Assembly: GCA_963729625.1 (NCBI GenBank)
Contig: CAVSOU010000008.1
Location: 800,001 to 864,000 of the forward strand
Reading direction: 5' to 3'
Origin: an uncultured bacterium
GTDB taxonomy: Bacteria > Chloroflexota > UBA5177 > JANWHV01
DNA: 64,000 nt
Both the position numbers and the translations under genes were made by a program. Shown in pieces: positions 29,669-39,706 of the stretch; the stretch's first letter is position 1, and every line of letters begins with the position of its first letter. The notes beneath the pieces were generated by a model. It ran no database searches. It was given only the letters and a program-made list of their open reading frames with translations, and was not told where the DNA came from.

Positions 29669-30805
29669 GTGTTCCTGCCGGGCAGCACGATCGGGATTCT
29701 TGGAGGCGGCCAGCTCGGGCGCATGACGGCAGTTGCAGCCCGGCGCATGGGTTACAGGGCCGTCGTGCTCGACCCTACACCGGACTGCCCGGCCTCGCAA
29801 GTGGCCGACGGGCACATCCTTGGTCGCTTCGACGACTTCGATGCGGCAGCCAGATTTGCCAGTGCCTGCGATGTCGTGACTCTGGAGTTCGAGAACCTGT
29901 CGTCGGCGACCGTGAGCTACCTCGAGAAGCGCGTGCCGGTGCGCCCAGGCGCAAGGGTTCTGCACATTGCGCAGAACCGGCTGCTCGAGAAGGGCTTTCT
30001 GCAAGAGGCCGGCGTTCCGGTCGCCCCTTTTGCGGCCGTTTACGACCGCCACACGCTAGCAGCCGCCGTGCTTCAGGTGGGACTGCCGGCTGTGCTGAAG
30101 ACGGCTACGATGGGCTACGACGGCAAGGGACAGACCGTGGTCCGCTCGACAGAAGAAGCCGCTGGAGCCTATGCCTCGCTGGGGGGAACCTGTATCCTCG
30201 AGCGATTCGTGCAGTTTGAGCGCGAGATCAGCGTTGTCGTTGCGCGAGACGTAGACGGTCGCGTGGTTTCCTACGATCCGGCTGAGAATGTCCACGTGGG
30301 GGGCGTTCTCGATACGTCGATGGCGCCCGCGCTGATTCGACCGGAGGTTGCACGCGACGCGCACGCCATCGGCGCGCGCGTCGCCGAGGCTCTCGACCTT
30401 GTCGGAGTGCTGGCCGTGGAGATGTTCGTCTGTGCCGACGGATCGCTCGTCGCGAACGAGCTGGCGCCGCGACCGCATAACTCCGCGCATTGGTCGATCG
30501 AGGCATGTGCGACAAGCCAGTTTGAGCAGCAGGTCCGCGTGACCGCCGGTGCTTCGGTCGCTCCGGCCGACCTGCTGCGGCCCGCGGCCATCGCCAACCT
30601 CCTGGGCGATCTGTGGGCAGACGGCGAGCCGCTGTGGGAGCGGTTGTTTGCTCTGCCTGACGTCAAGCTTCACCTCTACGGGAAGCGCGACGCGAGAGCC
30701 GGCCGAAAAATGGGGCATCTCGCGGTGCTGGCGGCCACTGCGCTGGCCGCCAGGGAACGGGTCCTGACCGCTCGAGCGGCACTTCAGGGCTGGGAGCGGA
30801 CGTAG
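29669..30805 (+). CDS. purK: N5-CAIR synthase PurK
   Basis: GILGGGQLGRM, GYDGKGQ, NELAPRPHNS, YGK...RKMGH. Confidence 0.96.
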   Translation: MFLPGSTIGILGGGQLGRMTAVAARRMGYRAVVLDPTPDCPASQVADGHILGRFDDFDAAARFASACDVVTLEFENLSSATVSYLEKRVPVRPGARVLHIAQNRLLEKGFLQEAGVPVAPFAAVYDRHTLAAAVLQVGLPAVLKTATMGYDGKGQTVVRSTEEAAGAYASLGGTCILERFVQFEREISVVVARDVDGRVVSYDPAENVHVGGVLDTSMAPALIRPEVARDAHAIGARVAEALDLVGVLAVEMFVCADGSLVANELAPRPHNSAHWSIEACATSQFEQQVRVTAGASVAPADLLRPAAIANLLGDLWADGEPLWERLFALPDVKLHLYGKRDARAGRKMGHLAVLAATALAARERVLTARAALQGWERT

Positions 30806-30825
30806 CCCGCTCCCGGAGAAGGCCG

Positions 30826-32028
30826 CTAGAGCTCGAAAGCCCTATCCGCGGCTCCAACAATGGCTCCGGCGATAGCCAGTGATGAGGTGGCTGCCGGAGA
30901 CGGCGCGTTGCGCACGTGAATAATGTTCTTTGAGTTGAGAATCGAGAAGTCGTCCAGCAACGTACCGTCGGCCGTGATGGCCTGTGCACGCACGCCCGAG
31001 GGGCCAAACACGACATCGTCTCCGGTGACCTCCGGAACGTACGCCTGCATGGCCGCGATAAACGCATGCTTGTTATAGTCTCGATACATCTCAGACAGGC
31101 CCATACGCCAGTACTTCCGGGCCATAGCCCTGAACCCGCTGTAGCTGAGCGATTCGAGAAGATCGCGCGGGTTCGCTTCATACCTGCCGTAGCCCTCGCG
31201 CTTGAATGCAAGCACTGCATTCGGACCGGCCCACACCTGACCGTCCATACGAATCGTGAAGTGCACGCCGAGGAAGGGAAAGGCAGGATCGGGTACTGGA
31301 TAGATAAGGGACTTGCAGAGATAGGCCTTGTCCGCCTTCAGCGTATAGTAGTCACCGCGGAACGGTACGATGCGAAGATTGTCCGGCGCTCCCGTCTTCC
31401 GAGCGATGCGATCGGATTGCAGGCCCGCGCACGTGATCAGGTACTTTGCGCTTACCTCACCCACCGGAGTCTCGAGCACGAGCGGGCTGCCCTTGACGAT
31501 GCTGATCACCTCATGGCCTGTGCGGATTTCTCCGCCCGCCTCCTCGACCTTCTTCGCGTATACTTTCGCCACCTGGACGAAATCTATCACGCCGGTCGTG
31601 GGCGAGTGGATAGCCTTGATGCCCGTGGCATGCGGCTCCAGTTCCTTGATGCGCTCCGGACCGATCATCTCGATATCAGGCACTCCGTTTTTCAAGCCTC
31701 GCTCGTACAGGTCGCTGAGCCTGGGAAGTTCATCTACGTTGAGCGCGACGATTACTTTTCCGCAGAGTTTGTAGGAGATACCGTTCGCGTCGCAGAACCG
31801 CATGAGCTCGGCCTTACCTGCCACGCACATCCGCGCCTTGAGCGAGCCGGGCTTGTAGTAGATGCCGGAGTGAAGGACGCCACTGTTGTGGCCGGACTGA
31901 TGGGTGGCGATGCTGTCCTCTTTCTCAAGGACTACAATTCTCGTCCGCGGGTGCCTGGCAAGCAGTTTCATGGCTGTCGCGAGCCCCACGATGCCCCCCC
32001 CGACAATTGCCACATCATATTGCTGCAT
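30826..32028 (-). CDS. lhgO: L-2-hydroxyglutarate oxidase
   Basis: GGGIVGLA, HQSGHNSGVLHSGIYY, IYPVPDPAFPFLGVH, NAPSPAATSSL. Confidence 0.92.
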   Translation of the reverse strand: MQQYDVAIVGGGIVGLATAMKLLARHPRTRIVVLEKEDSIATHQSGHNSGVLHSGIYYKPGSLKARMCVAGKAELMRFCDANGISYKLCGKVIVALNVDELPRLSDLYERGLKNGVPDIEMIGPERIKELEPHATGIKAIHSPTTGVIDFVQVAKVYAKKVEEAGGEIRTGHEVISIVKGSPLVLETPVGEVSAKYLITCAGLQSDRIARKTGAPDNLRIVPFRGDYYTLKADKAYLCKSLIYPVPDPAFPFLGVHFTIRMDGQVWAGPNAVLAFKREGYGRYEANPRDLLESLSYSGFRAMARKYWRMGLSEMYRDYNKHAFIAAMQAYVPEVTGDDVVFGPSGVRAQAITADGTLLDDFSILNSKNIIHVRNAPSPAATSSLAIAGAIVGAADRAFEL

Positions 32029-32190
32029 AGTTCACTCCCTCCAGCATCTTGAGCTGGGCGACACGTCGGGATAGATACCTTCCCGAACCCAGCCGGATAC
32101 ATCATGCTTCCTAGGATACCGTACGGCACCGTTCTCGCCGTTTGCCGTGCGAAAAGGCCGGCGTCTGTGGGGCTTGGTTCGCGGCGCCTA

Positions 32191-32556
32191 TCATTCCGTC
32201 ATGTCGGGCGTACGGCCCTCGCCGGTGCATGCATCGCAGGGGCACAGCGCGCGAAGCAGCTCGAACGCGTAGTAGCCACTGTCATGCCCATCGCCCCAGA
32301 CCGGCTGCAGCGCGTAGCGTCCCACTTCATGGATATCGACGAGCGTGCTCTGCTCACGCGTGAAGAGTGTTTCGGCCCGCACGATCCCTGGCCGGCCCAT
32401 TTCACCGCTACATACGGCGCACGGGCACAGTGGCCGAAGTGCGGAGAGCTCAAACAGACTGTCATGGCCATCCTGCCACACGATGTGCAACAGTCCCTGG
32501 TCGGGATCGCAGACGATCTCGGCGGGGCGGACCGCCCCAGAATGCCCGGTGGCCAT
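32191..32556 (-). CDS. DUF971 / gamma-butyrobetaine hydroxylase N-terminal-like metal-binding protein
   Basis: WQDGHDS...LRPLCPCAVC and VGRYALQPVWGDGHDSGYY...CPCDAC. Confidence 0.85.
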   Translation of the reverse strand: MATGHSGAVRPAEIVCDPDQGLLHIVWQDGHDSLFELSALRPLCPCAVCSGEMGRPGIVRAETLFTREQSTLVDIHEVGRYALQPVWGDGHDSGYYAFELLRALCPCDACTGEGRTPDMTE

Positions 32557-32570
32557 GGCACACTCCTTCA

Positions 32571-33482
32571 TCAGACAGTGATCTCATCCGTTCGGCGCCT
32601 GCGCGCGAGCCAACGCTCCCGTAGCGGCATCGCGCCTCCCAACGGGGCGAATCCTTCGCCCAGCACCGTAGATGCAACGGATACGACCAGAAACGCTTTC
32701 GGGTCGATCGCCTGGACGAGGGAGCGTAGCATTGGCTCCTCAGATCGGTCAAGCACGCACAGCAGTACCGGCCGGTCCTGGCCGGTGAAGCCGCCCTTTG
32801 CCTGAAGCACGGTTACACCCCGCTCCATGTCGTGGGTGATGTGCCTGCATATTTCCTCGGAGGCACTGGAGACTACCAGGGCGAGCCGCTCCCCTGACGT
32901 GCCCTCCAGCGTCCAGTCAATCGCCTTTCCACTGACGTACAGCCCGACCAGACTGTAAAGCGCCAGCTGCGGGCTGAAGGCCAGACCGGTCAGGGCGATG
33001 ATGATGCCGTCGACGATCACCTGCAGGATGCCCACGCTCTCGCTCGTCAGGTTCTGCAACAGTCGGGCGATAATCGCCGTGCCGCCGGTGGACGCGCCGG
33101 CGCCGAAGATGAGCCCCATCCCGACACCGATGGTCACACCGCCGTAGAGCGAAGCGAGGAAGGCGTCGTGCGTGAGAGGTAGCTTGACGAGGTGCGCAAT
33201 CGGGTCGACGGTTGCCGAGAACACGGCGACGGAGACGAGCGTGCGGACAGTGAAGCGCAGGCCGCCGAGGAAGACGTATCCGGCGATCAGGAGCGGCACG
33301 TTCAGGAGGAACACGACCGGGCCCGTCGGCACGCCCCACTTATAGTGGGCGATAATCGCCAGCCCGCTCACGCCCCCTGAGGACAGCATCGCGGGAATAA
33401 GAAACAGGGCAAAGCCTGCGCTGAACAGCAGCGTTGCTGCGACCAACACCGTGTAGTCGCGGATCAGTGCGCGTACAGCCAT
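32571..33482 (-). CDS. YitT family membrane protein
   Basis: SGGVSGLA, NVPL, GASTGGT, RGVT...GGFTG, IDPKAF...VLGEGF. Confidence 0.9.
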   Translation of the reverse strand: MAVRALIRDYTVLVAATLLFSAGFALFLIPAMLSSGGVSGLAIIAHYKWGVPTGPVVFLLNVPLLIAGYVFLGGLRFTVRTLVSVAVFSATVDPIAHLVKLPLTHDAFLASLYGGVTIGVGMGLIFGAGASTGGTAIIARLLQNLTSESVGILQVIVDGIIIALTGLAFSPQLALYSLVGLYVSGKAIDWTLEGTSGERLALVVSSASEEICRHITHDMERGVTVLQAKGGFTGQDRPVLLCVLDRSEEPMLRSLVQAIDPKAFLVVSVASTVLGEGFAPLGGAMPLRERWLARRRRTDEITV

Positions 33483-33849
33483 AAGCGTCCATTCCTTATT
33501 GAGGGCAGGCGCACCGCAACCAGAGACCACCGATCTGCACACCCCTAGATAGTTTAGGAGGCTTGGGGCCCAAATTGGGGTACGTTGGTGTATCCTCGAT
33601 CTCCAATTGCCTGTTTCGCGGATGACTCTCCCATCCGCGCACCGATACTACTGGTCGATTAGCTCGCAATCACAGACCGAGAACTGTGCGAAACTCTCAC
33701 CCGAGCCCGGGCTCGCCTCGAGGAGCGTTGCCAACTGCGCTCGATCCGAACATAGCTGCCCAATAGCGGGCAAGCAGAGACCGATCTGCTCCGGTAGCAG
33801 AAGGCTCCGGGTAGTCGTGACAATCGGGACTGCCGGGGGAGAGCAACCA

Positions 33850-34063
33850 GACGACTCTTGGCCGTTCGTTGCCCCGGGCGTCCCGTGACGATACAATCGC
33901 CTGTGCGGGCATTTGCATGGCAGGAGCACTTGCGGCGACGACTCCTATGTTCATAGACTACCATGTGGATTCCATCAGCAGCCCGCGGCCGCAACTGGTG
34001 ATACAGCGGCGAGTTCGTATGGTGAGCGCGGGGCGTGTCGTGGTGGCCGCTGGGGGGCGGTAA
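33850..34063 (+). pseudogene. Decayed 3' remnant of an OppC/DppC-type permease
   Basis: Two frames give WPFVAPG and FIDYHVDSISSPR, resembling the OppC C-terminal pattern WWF..PG...N/D...D....PR. The TAA stop overlaps the oppD ATG (TAATG). Confidence 0.5.
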
Positions 34064-35085
34064 TGATCGAAACGCAGACGAAGCAGCCCGGTTCAATGTC
34101 CCCGTCCGGCTGGGACGGTCGGGACCTGTTGGAGGTGCGCAACCTCACCGTAGACTTCTATACGCCGCGCGGAGCTGCTCGTGCCGTCGACAACGTCTCA
34201 TTCAGCATCTCCCCTGGCGAGGTCTTTGGGCTGGCGGGCGAATCGGGCTGTGGCAAGAGCACGGCCGCGCACGCGATTATGCGGCTGATCAAGAGCCCAG
34301 GACAGATTAACGGTGGCGATATCCACTTTAAGGGCCGCGATGTCATGTCCTTGAGCACCGAGGAGCTGCGGAAATATCGCTGGAGTGACGTTTCCATCGT
34401 CTTCCAAAGCGCCATGAACGCGCTCAACCCAGTCATGTCGCTTGGCGACCAACTTGCCGACGCGATTCGCGCGCACGAGCCGGTCAACAAGAAAGACGCC
34501 ATGGAGCGAGCCGCCCAATTGTTCGACCTTGTCGGAATCGCCAGCACCCGATTGAAGAGCTTCCCCCACGAGTTGTCCGGTGGCATGCGCCAGCGTTCCG
34601 TCATAGCCATGGCGCTCGCGCTCAAACCGGCGCTTGTGATCATGGACGAGCCCACGACTGCCCTCGACGTCGTCGTGCAACGCGATATCTTGCAGCAGAT
34701 TGAAGACCTGCAGGCCAAGCTAGGTTTCTCGATTCTGTTTATCACGCACGATCTCTCGCTGCTCGTGGAGTTTTCCACTCGGCTCGCGATCATGTATGCC
34801 GCCCATATCGTCGAGCTTGCTCCTGCGGCGGAGCTGTTCTCCAACCCATTACATCCATACACGCTGGGACTGATGAACTCGTTCCCTTCGATTCGGGGAG
34901 AGAAGAAGCACTTGCAGGGCATCCCCGGTACGCTGCCCGATCTTGTGAACACACCGCCAGGCTGTCGGTTCGCGCCGCGATGCCCTCGTGTGATGGGTCG
35001 CTGTACTACAGTCGATCCAGTGCTGCGTGAGGTCTCCCCGGGACACTGGGTGGCCTGTTACCTCTATGATGAAGCGAGGAGCTGA
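34063..35085 (+). CDS. oppD: Oligopeptide ABC ATPase OppD/DppD
   Basis: GESGCGKS, PHELSGGMRQR, DEPTTALD, PLHPYT, GCRFAPRC. Confidence 0.9.
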   Translation: MIETQTKQPGSMSPSGWDGRDLLEVRNLTVDFYTPRGAARAVDNVSFSISPGEVFGLAGESGCGKSTAAHAIMRLIKSPGQINGGDIHFKGRDVMSLSTEELRKYRWSDVSIVFQSAMNALNPVMSLGDQLADAIRAHEPVNKKDAMERAAQLFDLVGIASTRLKSFPHELSGGMRQRSVIAMALALKPALVIMDEPTTALDVVVQRDILQQIEDLQAKLGFSILFITHDLSLLVEFSTRLAIMYAAHIVELAPAAELFSNPLHPYTLGLMNSFPSIRGEKKHLQGIPGTLPDLVNTPPGCRFAPRCPRVMGRCTTVDPVLREVSPGHWVACYLYDEARS

Positions 35086-35089
35086 GACG

Positions 35090-36112
35090 ATGCAGGCGCG
35101 CGCGAGCGAAGTCGTAATGGATGTCCGCAAGCTGTGCAAGTGGTTCCCCATCGGAACCAGTCTGCCGTTTGGCATCGGAGGCGGCCAGAAACAGATCCAC
35201 GCCGTCGACGACGTGAGCTTCACGCTGCAACGCGGTCAGATCATTGCTCTTGTAGGTGAAAGCGGCAGCGGAAAGAGCACTATTGCCCGGGTGCTTGTGG
35301 GCTTGTATCCCGCGACTTCGGGGGAAGTGCTATTCCACGGGCAGAACATCACGAAGCTGCATGGCCGGCGCGCCTTGCTGAACTATCGCGGTCGCGTGCA
35401 AATGGTGTTCCAGGACCCATTCGGCTCGTTGAATCCGGTCAAGACCATCGCGCACCACATTCAGCGACCGCTCAGCATTCACAAACGGCAGAGTGGGCGG
35501 AATAAGACCGGTAACACGGTGATCGAGCTGTTGCGCGCGGTTGGGCTGACGCCGCCGGAAGAAGTGGCGAAGAAGTATCCTCATCAGCTTTCAGGCGGCC
35601 AGCGGCAGCGTGTGTCGTTCGCGCGCGCACTTGCCGTGAACCCGGAGGTCATTCTGGCCGACGAGCCAATCAGCATGCTCGACGTATCCATCCGCATGGG
35701 TATCCTCAACCTTATGGCAGGCCTGCGCACGGAGCGCGGACTGTCATACCTCTACATCACGCACGATATTGCCAGCGCCAGGTACATCGCGGACGACACG
35801 ATCGTGCTGTACGCCGGCCAATCGGTCGAGCAGGCCAGCAGCGAAGAACTGATCACCGAGCCGATGCACCCGTACACACAGCTCTTGCTCAGCGCCGTGC
35901 CTGATCCCGGTACGGGCCTGAGTAAGAAACGTATCGAGGCGCGTGGCGCGATTCCGACGGTCATCGATCCGAAGCCGGGATGCCGCTTCGCCAATCGATG
36001 CCCGCACGTCATGCCGGTATGCCGGTCGACGACACCGCAGTTCGTCGAAGTCAAGACGGCCCACCAGGTGCGTTGTCATTTGTATGGGACGACCAGCGCA
36101 GTCGGCTCCTAG
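35090..36112 (+). CDS. oppF: Oligopeptide ABC ATPase OppF/DppF
   Basis: AVDDVSF, GESGSGKS, PHQLSGGQRQR, DEPISMLDVS, GCRFANRC. Confidence 0.9.
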   Translation: MQARASEVVMDVRKLCKWFPIGTSLPFGIGGGQKQIHAVDDVSFTLQRGQIIALVGESGSGKSTIARVLVGLYPATSGEVLFHGQNITKLHGRRALLNYRGRVQMVFQDPFGSLNPVKTIAHHIQRPLSIHKRQSGRNKTGNTVIELLRAVGLTPPEEVAKKYPHQLSGGQRQRVSFARALAVNPEVILADEPISMLDVSIRMGILNLMAGLRTERGLSYLYITHDIASARYIADDTIVLYAGQSVEQASSEELITEPMHPYTQLLLSAVPDPGTGLSKKRIEARGAIPTVIDPKPGCRFANRCPHVMPVCRSTTPQFVEVKTAHQVRCHLYGTTSAVGS

Positions 36113-36275
36113 TCGGATTTCCCTGGCTCCTACCTGAAGCAGGGAGCAAGGCTCGTCCGTCACGGCCAGGGGCGGAGCGCGACCTCCCCAAGAACATCTG
36201 CATGAAGGACTGCAGCGCGTAGTGCGCATTGGGGACTTGCGGAACGGCCGGCAGGTTGTCAGACTGAGAGCCGGA

Positions 36276-37490
36276 ATGTCCGCAACAACATCGTCGCCTA
36301 ACGGATCCGCCGATCGTATTGTGCCTGCTCTGCCCACCGGGCTAGGCAGGTTAGGCCTCGCCATCATCGTGCCCTCGGCCTTGATCGATGTTTCGCTGCT
36401 TCGGGCGTGGAACAACGTCAACAACGGCTTCCACGATTCTGACTGGCTTGTGTACTATCACGCTGCCGAGCGGTCGCTTCACGGCAGCGATCCGTATCGT
36501 GTCGGCAGCGAGTTCTTCAATCCTCCCCCCTTTCTGCTGGCGGCGCGATTCGCGCTTTTGTTCGGCTACATGCCGTCCCGGATTCTCTGGTGCATCGCTT
36601 CGTTGCTCATGCTGCTGGCAGCCGGGCGCCTCATGTGCGGCGCGTTGCAGTTGCGGCTCAACGCTACCATTGTGCTCCAGGGCACGGCGCTCATTGCTCT
36701 GTCGACGCCGACGATCCTGCTCATCCCGACATCAGGTAACTCGACCGCGCCCGTCGTGCTGGGTTACGCACTGGCAATCTGGTGTTTCTGCCGCGGCTTG
36801 GACGCCGCCGGCGGTTGCGCCTTGTGCGTTGCCGTGTTGGTCAAGCCCCAGCTTGCGTTCCTGACCCTGCCCCTGCTCCTGTACAAGCGGCGCTGGAAAG
36901 CTTCGGCGGCCTTTGTCGGTTTGGGCTGCGCCGCAATGCTGGGCTCGGTGATCGTACTGGGCACCGACACCGTGCACGGATTCTTCAGAACTCTAGGCAG
37001 CACCGAAAGTGGCGCCGGCTCGGTGAGTATCTGGGTGCGGGATATCCCGGGTCTCCACGCCATGTTCCTTCAGGCATGGCCCGGAAGCGCCGCCGCGGGA
37101 GGAGTCGCGTATCTTCTGAGCGGCTTGCTGATTGTCGCGCTTGCGCGCTACTGGCAAGGCGACTGGCTGCCGTCGAGTCCCCAATTCGCATGCGGATGGG
37201 CCGCGCTGATCCTGGTCGATCTCCTGGCGGTGCCATACGCGCACACTGACGATCTGGTCCTGCTGCTCGTGCCGATCGCGGTCCTGTGCAGCTTTGTGTC
37301 GCGGCCGACCGGCCGTGATGAGCTGGACCGCTGGGTACTGCCCGCTATTGTGGCGCTCTACGTCGCGCCGACGCTGGTAGTCTACATCCGGCTCCATTTC
37401 CCGGCGATAGCGATGCTGTCTGTGCTCGTGCTGTTGTTGAAGCTGGCTCCTCCTTTCCACGCGACTGGCCAGTCCGGTAACGAGAGATGA
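36276..37490 (+). CDS. GT87 / DUF2029-type polytopic glycosyltransferase
   Basis: SDWLVYYHAA...DPY, FFNPP, VKPQL, PYAHTDDL and many TM helices. Start uncertain (36222 or 36276). Confidence 0.75.
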   Translation: MSATTSSPNGSADRIVPALPTGLGRLGLAIIVPSALIDVSLLRAWNNVNNGFHDSDWLVYYHAAERSLHGSDPYRVGSEFFNPPPFLLAARFALLFGYMPSRILWCIASLLMLLAAGRLMCGALQLRLNATIVLQGTALIALSTPTILLIPTSGNSTAPVVLGYALAIWCFCRGLDAAGGCALCVAVLVKPQLAFLTLPLLLYKRRWKASAAFVGLGCAAMLGSVIVLGTDTVHGFFRTLGSTESGAGSVSIWVRDIPGLHAMFLQAWPGSAAAGGVAYLLSGLLIVALARYWQGDWLPSSPQFACGWAALILVDLLAVPYAHTDDLVLLLVPIAVLCSFVSRPTGRDELDRWVLPAIVALYVAPTLVVYIRLHFPAIAMLSVLVLLLKLAPPFHATGQSGNER

Positions 37491-37629
37491 TCTGCCCACG
37501 CGCGTGCCGGACAGCGACATGGAGGACGACAAACGGACTCGTATACCGGCACGATGCGAACATCGGCTCGATCGGCGGTCGGCAGCGTCATGTCGTCTGG
37601 ATCGCTCGTCAGTATCACGACAGCAGCCG

Positions 37630-39594
37630 TTAGGTGCCAAAGCGCGCGCGGCTGGCAGCCATCCGTTCTTCGAGCGCGTCTAGCCCGCGCTCGATTCCCG
37701 CGAGACGCTCCAGTTCCGGCGCCTGCTCGCCTTCGAGGCGGCGTCTAGCCTCGAGGGCCGCGTCGATGCTATCGCGCACGTTGGCAATCATCACATCGAT
37801 ACCTCGGGCAATCGAGGTTGAGAAGGCATCGAACGACTTGTGCACTTCCTGCAGCATGTTCGGAAGGGCCTTGGCCGGGAGCTTGTGCAACTCGGCCCGA
37901 GCCGTCTCGGCTATCTTCTCCTTCATGTTCCGTTCCATGGTGTTGCGGCGATTGATGATGCCGATGGTCACGGCACTGGCGACAGTTCCCACCACGAAGA
38001 GGGGGCTGGTGGCCCAGCCGATGGCGGCCAGCAGCACGGTTGCCGCAATCTGCAGCGCGATGACGCGAAGCGCGCTCTGCAGCCAACCGCTGCCGCCCTT
38101 CAACACGACGCCGAAGTCGCCCAGCATGCCGCCACCGTAGGCCAGGATGGTCTCCAGCACCCGCTTCGAATCACCTTCGACCTCGTCGATCTCCGGCAGA
38201 ACTCCGCCGGCAACCTGGATGCGAATGCGCTTCAAGGTGGCATCGATGGTCGCGGCGTCTTCGCCGATGTCCTGAGTCAGTTGTGTCAGCCGCTCCTCTA
38301 TGTCCTGGCCGGTCTGATCCGACCAGGTCTGCAGCTCGCGCTCGATGTACTTGTTGATTCCCTCGGCCATCTCTTTGCGGAGGCGCTGGGGATTCCACTG
38401 CGGGGAGACCTTGAGGGCCATTGCCGCTTCCAGCATGCCGTCTTCCATGGTGGCGACGCGCTGGCGGAAGCTCAGCTCGACAGACTTCTGCACGAGCTGC
38501 TCGCCCGACTCGATTGTGCGAAGAATCCGCCTTCGATGCTCCTGCAGCTGGTCGAATTTCGGCTGCACCTCTTTGACGCGATTCTCGAGCGTGGCCAGGT
38601 CGATTTCCATGGTGGAGCGACGGAAGGACAGTGCCTCGCGCGCGTCTCCGACGGCCTGGGAAGCCTGGGCCAGCGGGCGTTCCAGCGCGACTCGACCGCG
38701 TTCGCGAGCGAGGAAGCGCTCGAGCGACCCTTCGAGAGCCGGCAGCCGCGATTGGTCGAGCGCCTGTGTGTCTCCGGCCAGCCGGGCACGGAGCGCTGGC
38801 TTGGCACTCACGAAGTAGATTCGTTCGCGGCCGTAGTCACGACCATTGACGCGAGTGAGAGGGCCGAGGCGCTGCTCGGCCAGCGCGGTCAGATCCCGCG
38901 CCTCGCGGGCCGGGTCGTCCGCGTCGTCGAGCACGCGGTCGTATTGGTTGATCGCGAAGAAGATATGCGTCAGGCCCTTGCCCAGGATATGCGTGTTGAG
39001 GTATTCGAGCTCGGTCAGGCTGGCGAAGTTCGTGGCGGACAGCACGAAGATCGCCGCGTCCGACTGGCGGACGTAGCCGCTGGTGATCTCCGTGCGTATC
39101 GCCGATTCGTTGAGACCGGGTGAGTCGACGATCTCAACGTTGTTCTCGCACAGCGGCGCCGGGTAGTGGACTTCGACCATCTTATACGTCGCCTGCCGCC
39201 GGTGGTTTTCCTCTTCGTCGGTTGAGAGGCTAAGGGTCTGCGCTAGCTGTTCCACGCTTACTTGCTGAGGCTCGCCGCGGAAGGGGATCAACTCGATAGT
39301 GATTTCGGGACCGTACTTGATCAGTGTGAGCAATGCTGTCGTCGGCGTTACGTTGGCCGGAAGGAGGTTCGCACCCAGGAGCGCATTGATCAGGGTAGAC
39401 TTTCCACGCTTGAATTCACCCAGCACCAGCACCCGGAAGACGCCTGCCTGTACGCGGTCGGCGAGTTCCTGCAGCTGGAGGGCGCCGTCCTCCATGCCCA
39501 GACCACGATTGAGCGTGGCCAGTTCTCGCAGCTCCGAGACAACCTCGCTTCTGACTGCCGCAAAGTCCCGGTAGCCTTCAACCTGTCCGGTCAT
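37630..39594 (-). CDS. Bacterial dynamin-like GTPase (DLP-B)
   Basis: G1 GEFKRGKST, G2 PTT, G3 DSPG, G4 NQYD, FVSA; helical trunk with a hydrophobic paddle (IALQIAATVLLAAIGW...). Confidence 0.92.
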   Translation of the reverse strand: MTGQVEGYRDFAAVRSEVVSELRELATLNRGLGMEDGALQLQELADRVQAGVFRVLVLGEFKRGKSTLINALLGANLLPANVTPTTALLTLIKYGPEITIELIPFRGEPQQVSVEQLAQTLSLSTDEEENHRRQATYKMVEVHYPAPLCENNVEIVDSPGLNESAIRTEITSGYVRQSDAAIFVLSATNFASLTELEYLNTHILGKGLTHIFFAINQYDRVLDDADDPAREARDLTALAEQRLGPLTRVNGRDYGRERIYFVSAKPALRARLAGDTQALDQSRLPALEGSLERFLARERGRVALERPLAQASQAVGDAREALSFRRSTMEIDLATLENRVKEVQPKFDQLQEHRRRILRTIESGEQLVQKSVELSFRQRVATMEDGMLEAAMALKVSPQWNPQRLRKEMAEGINKYIERELQTWSDQTGQDIEERLTQLTQDIGEDAATIDATLKRIRIQVAGGVLPEIDEVEGDSKRVLETILAYGGGMLGDFGVVLKGGSGWLQSALRVIALQIAATVLLAAIGWATSPLFVVGTVASAVTIGIINRRNTMERNMKEKIAETARAELHKLPAKALPNMLQEVHKSFDAFSTSIARGIDVMIANVRDSIDAALEARRRLEGEQAPELERLAGIERGLDALEERMAASRARFGT

Positions 39595-39706
39595 TCTCGT
39601 CCTCTCATCGGCGTACGATTCGCCGTTCCTCTGTGTTCGTCATTGATGGAATATTCTGACTGATGCGTACTGCTATTGTTGCACGGGCCTACCACGGCCA
39701 GATGAG

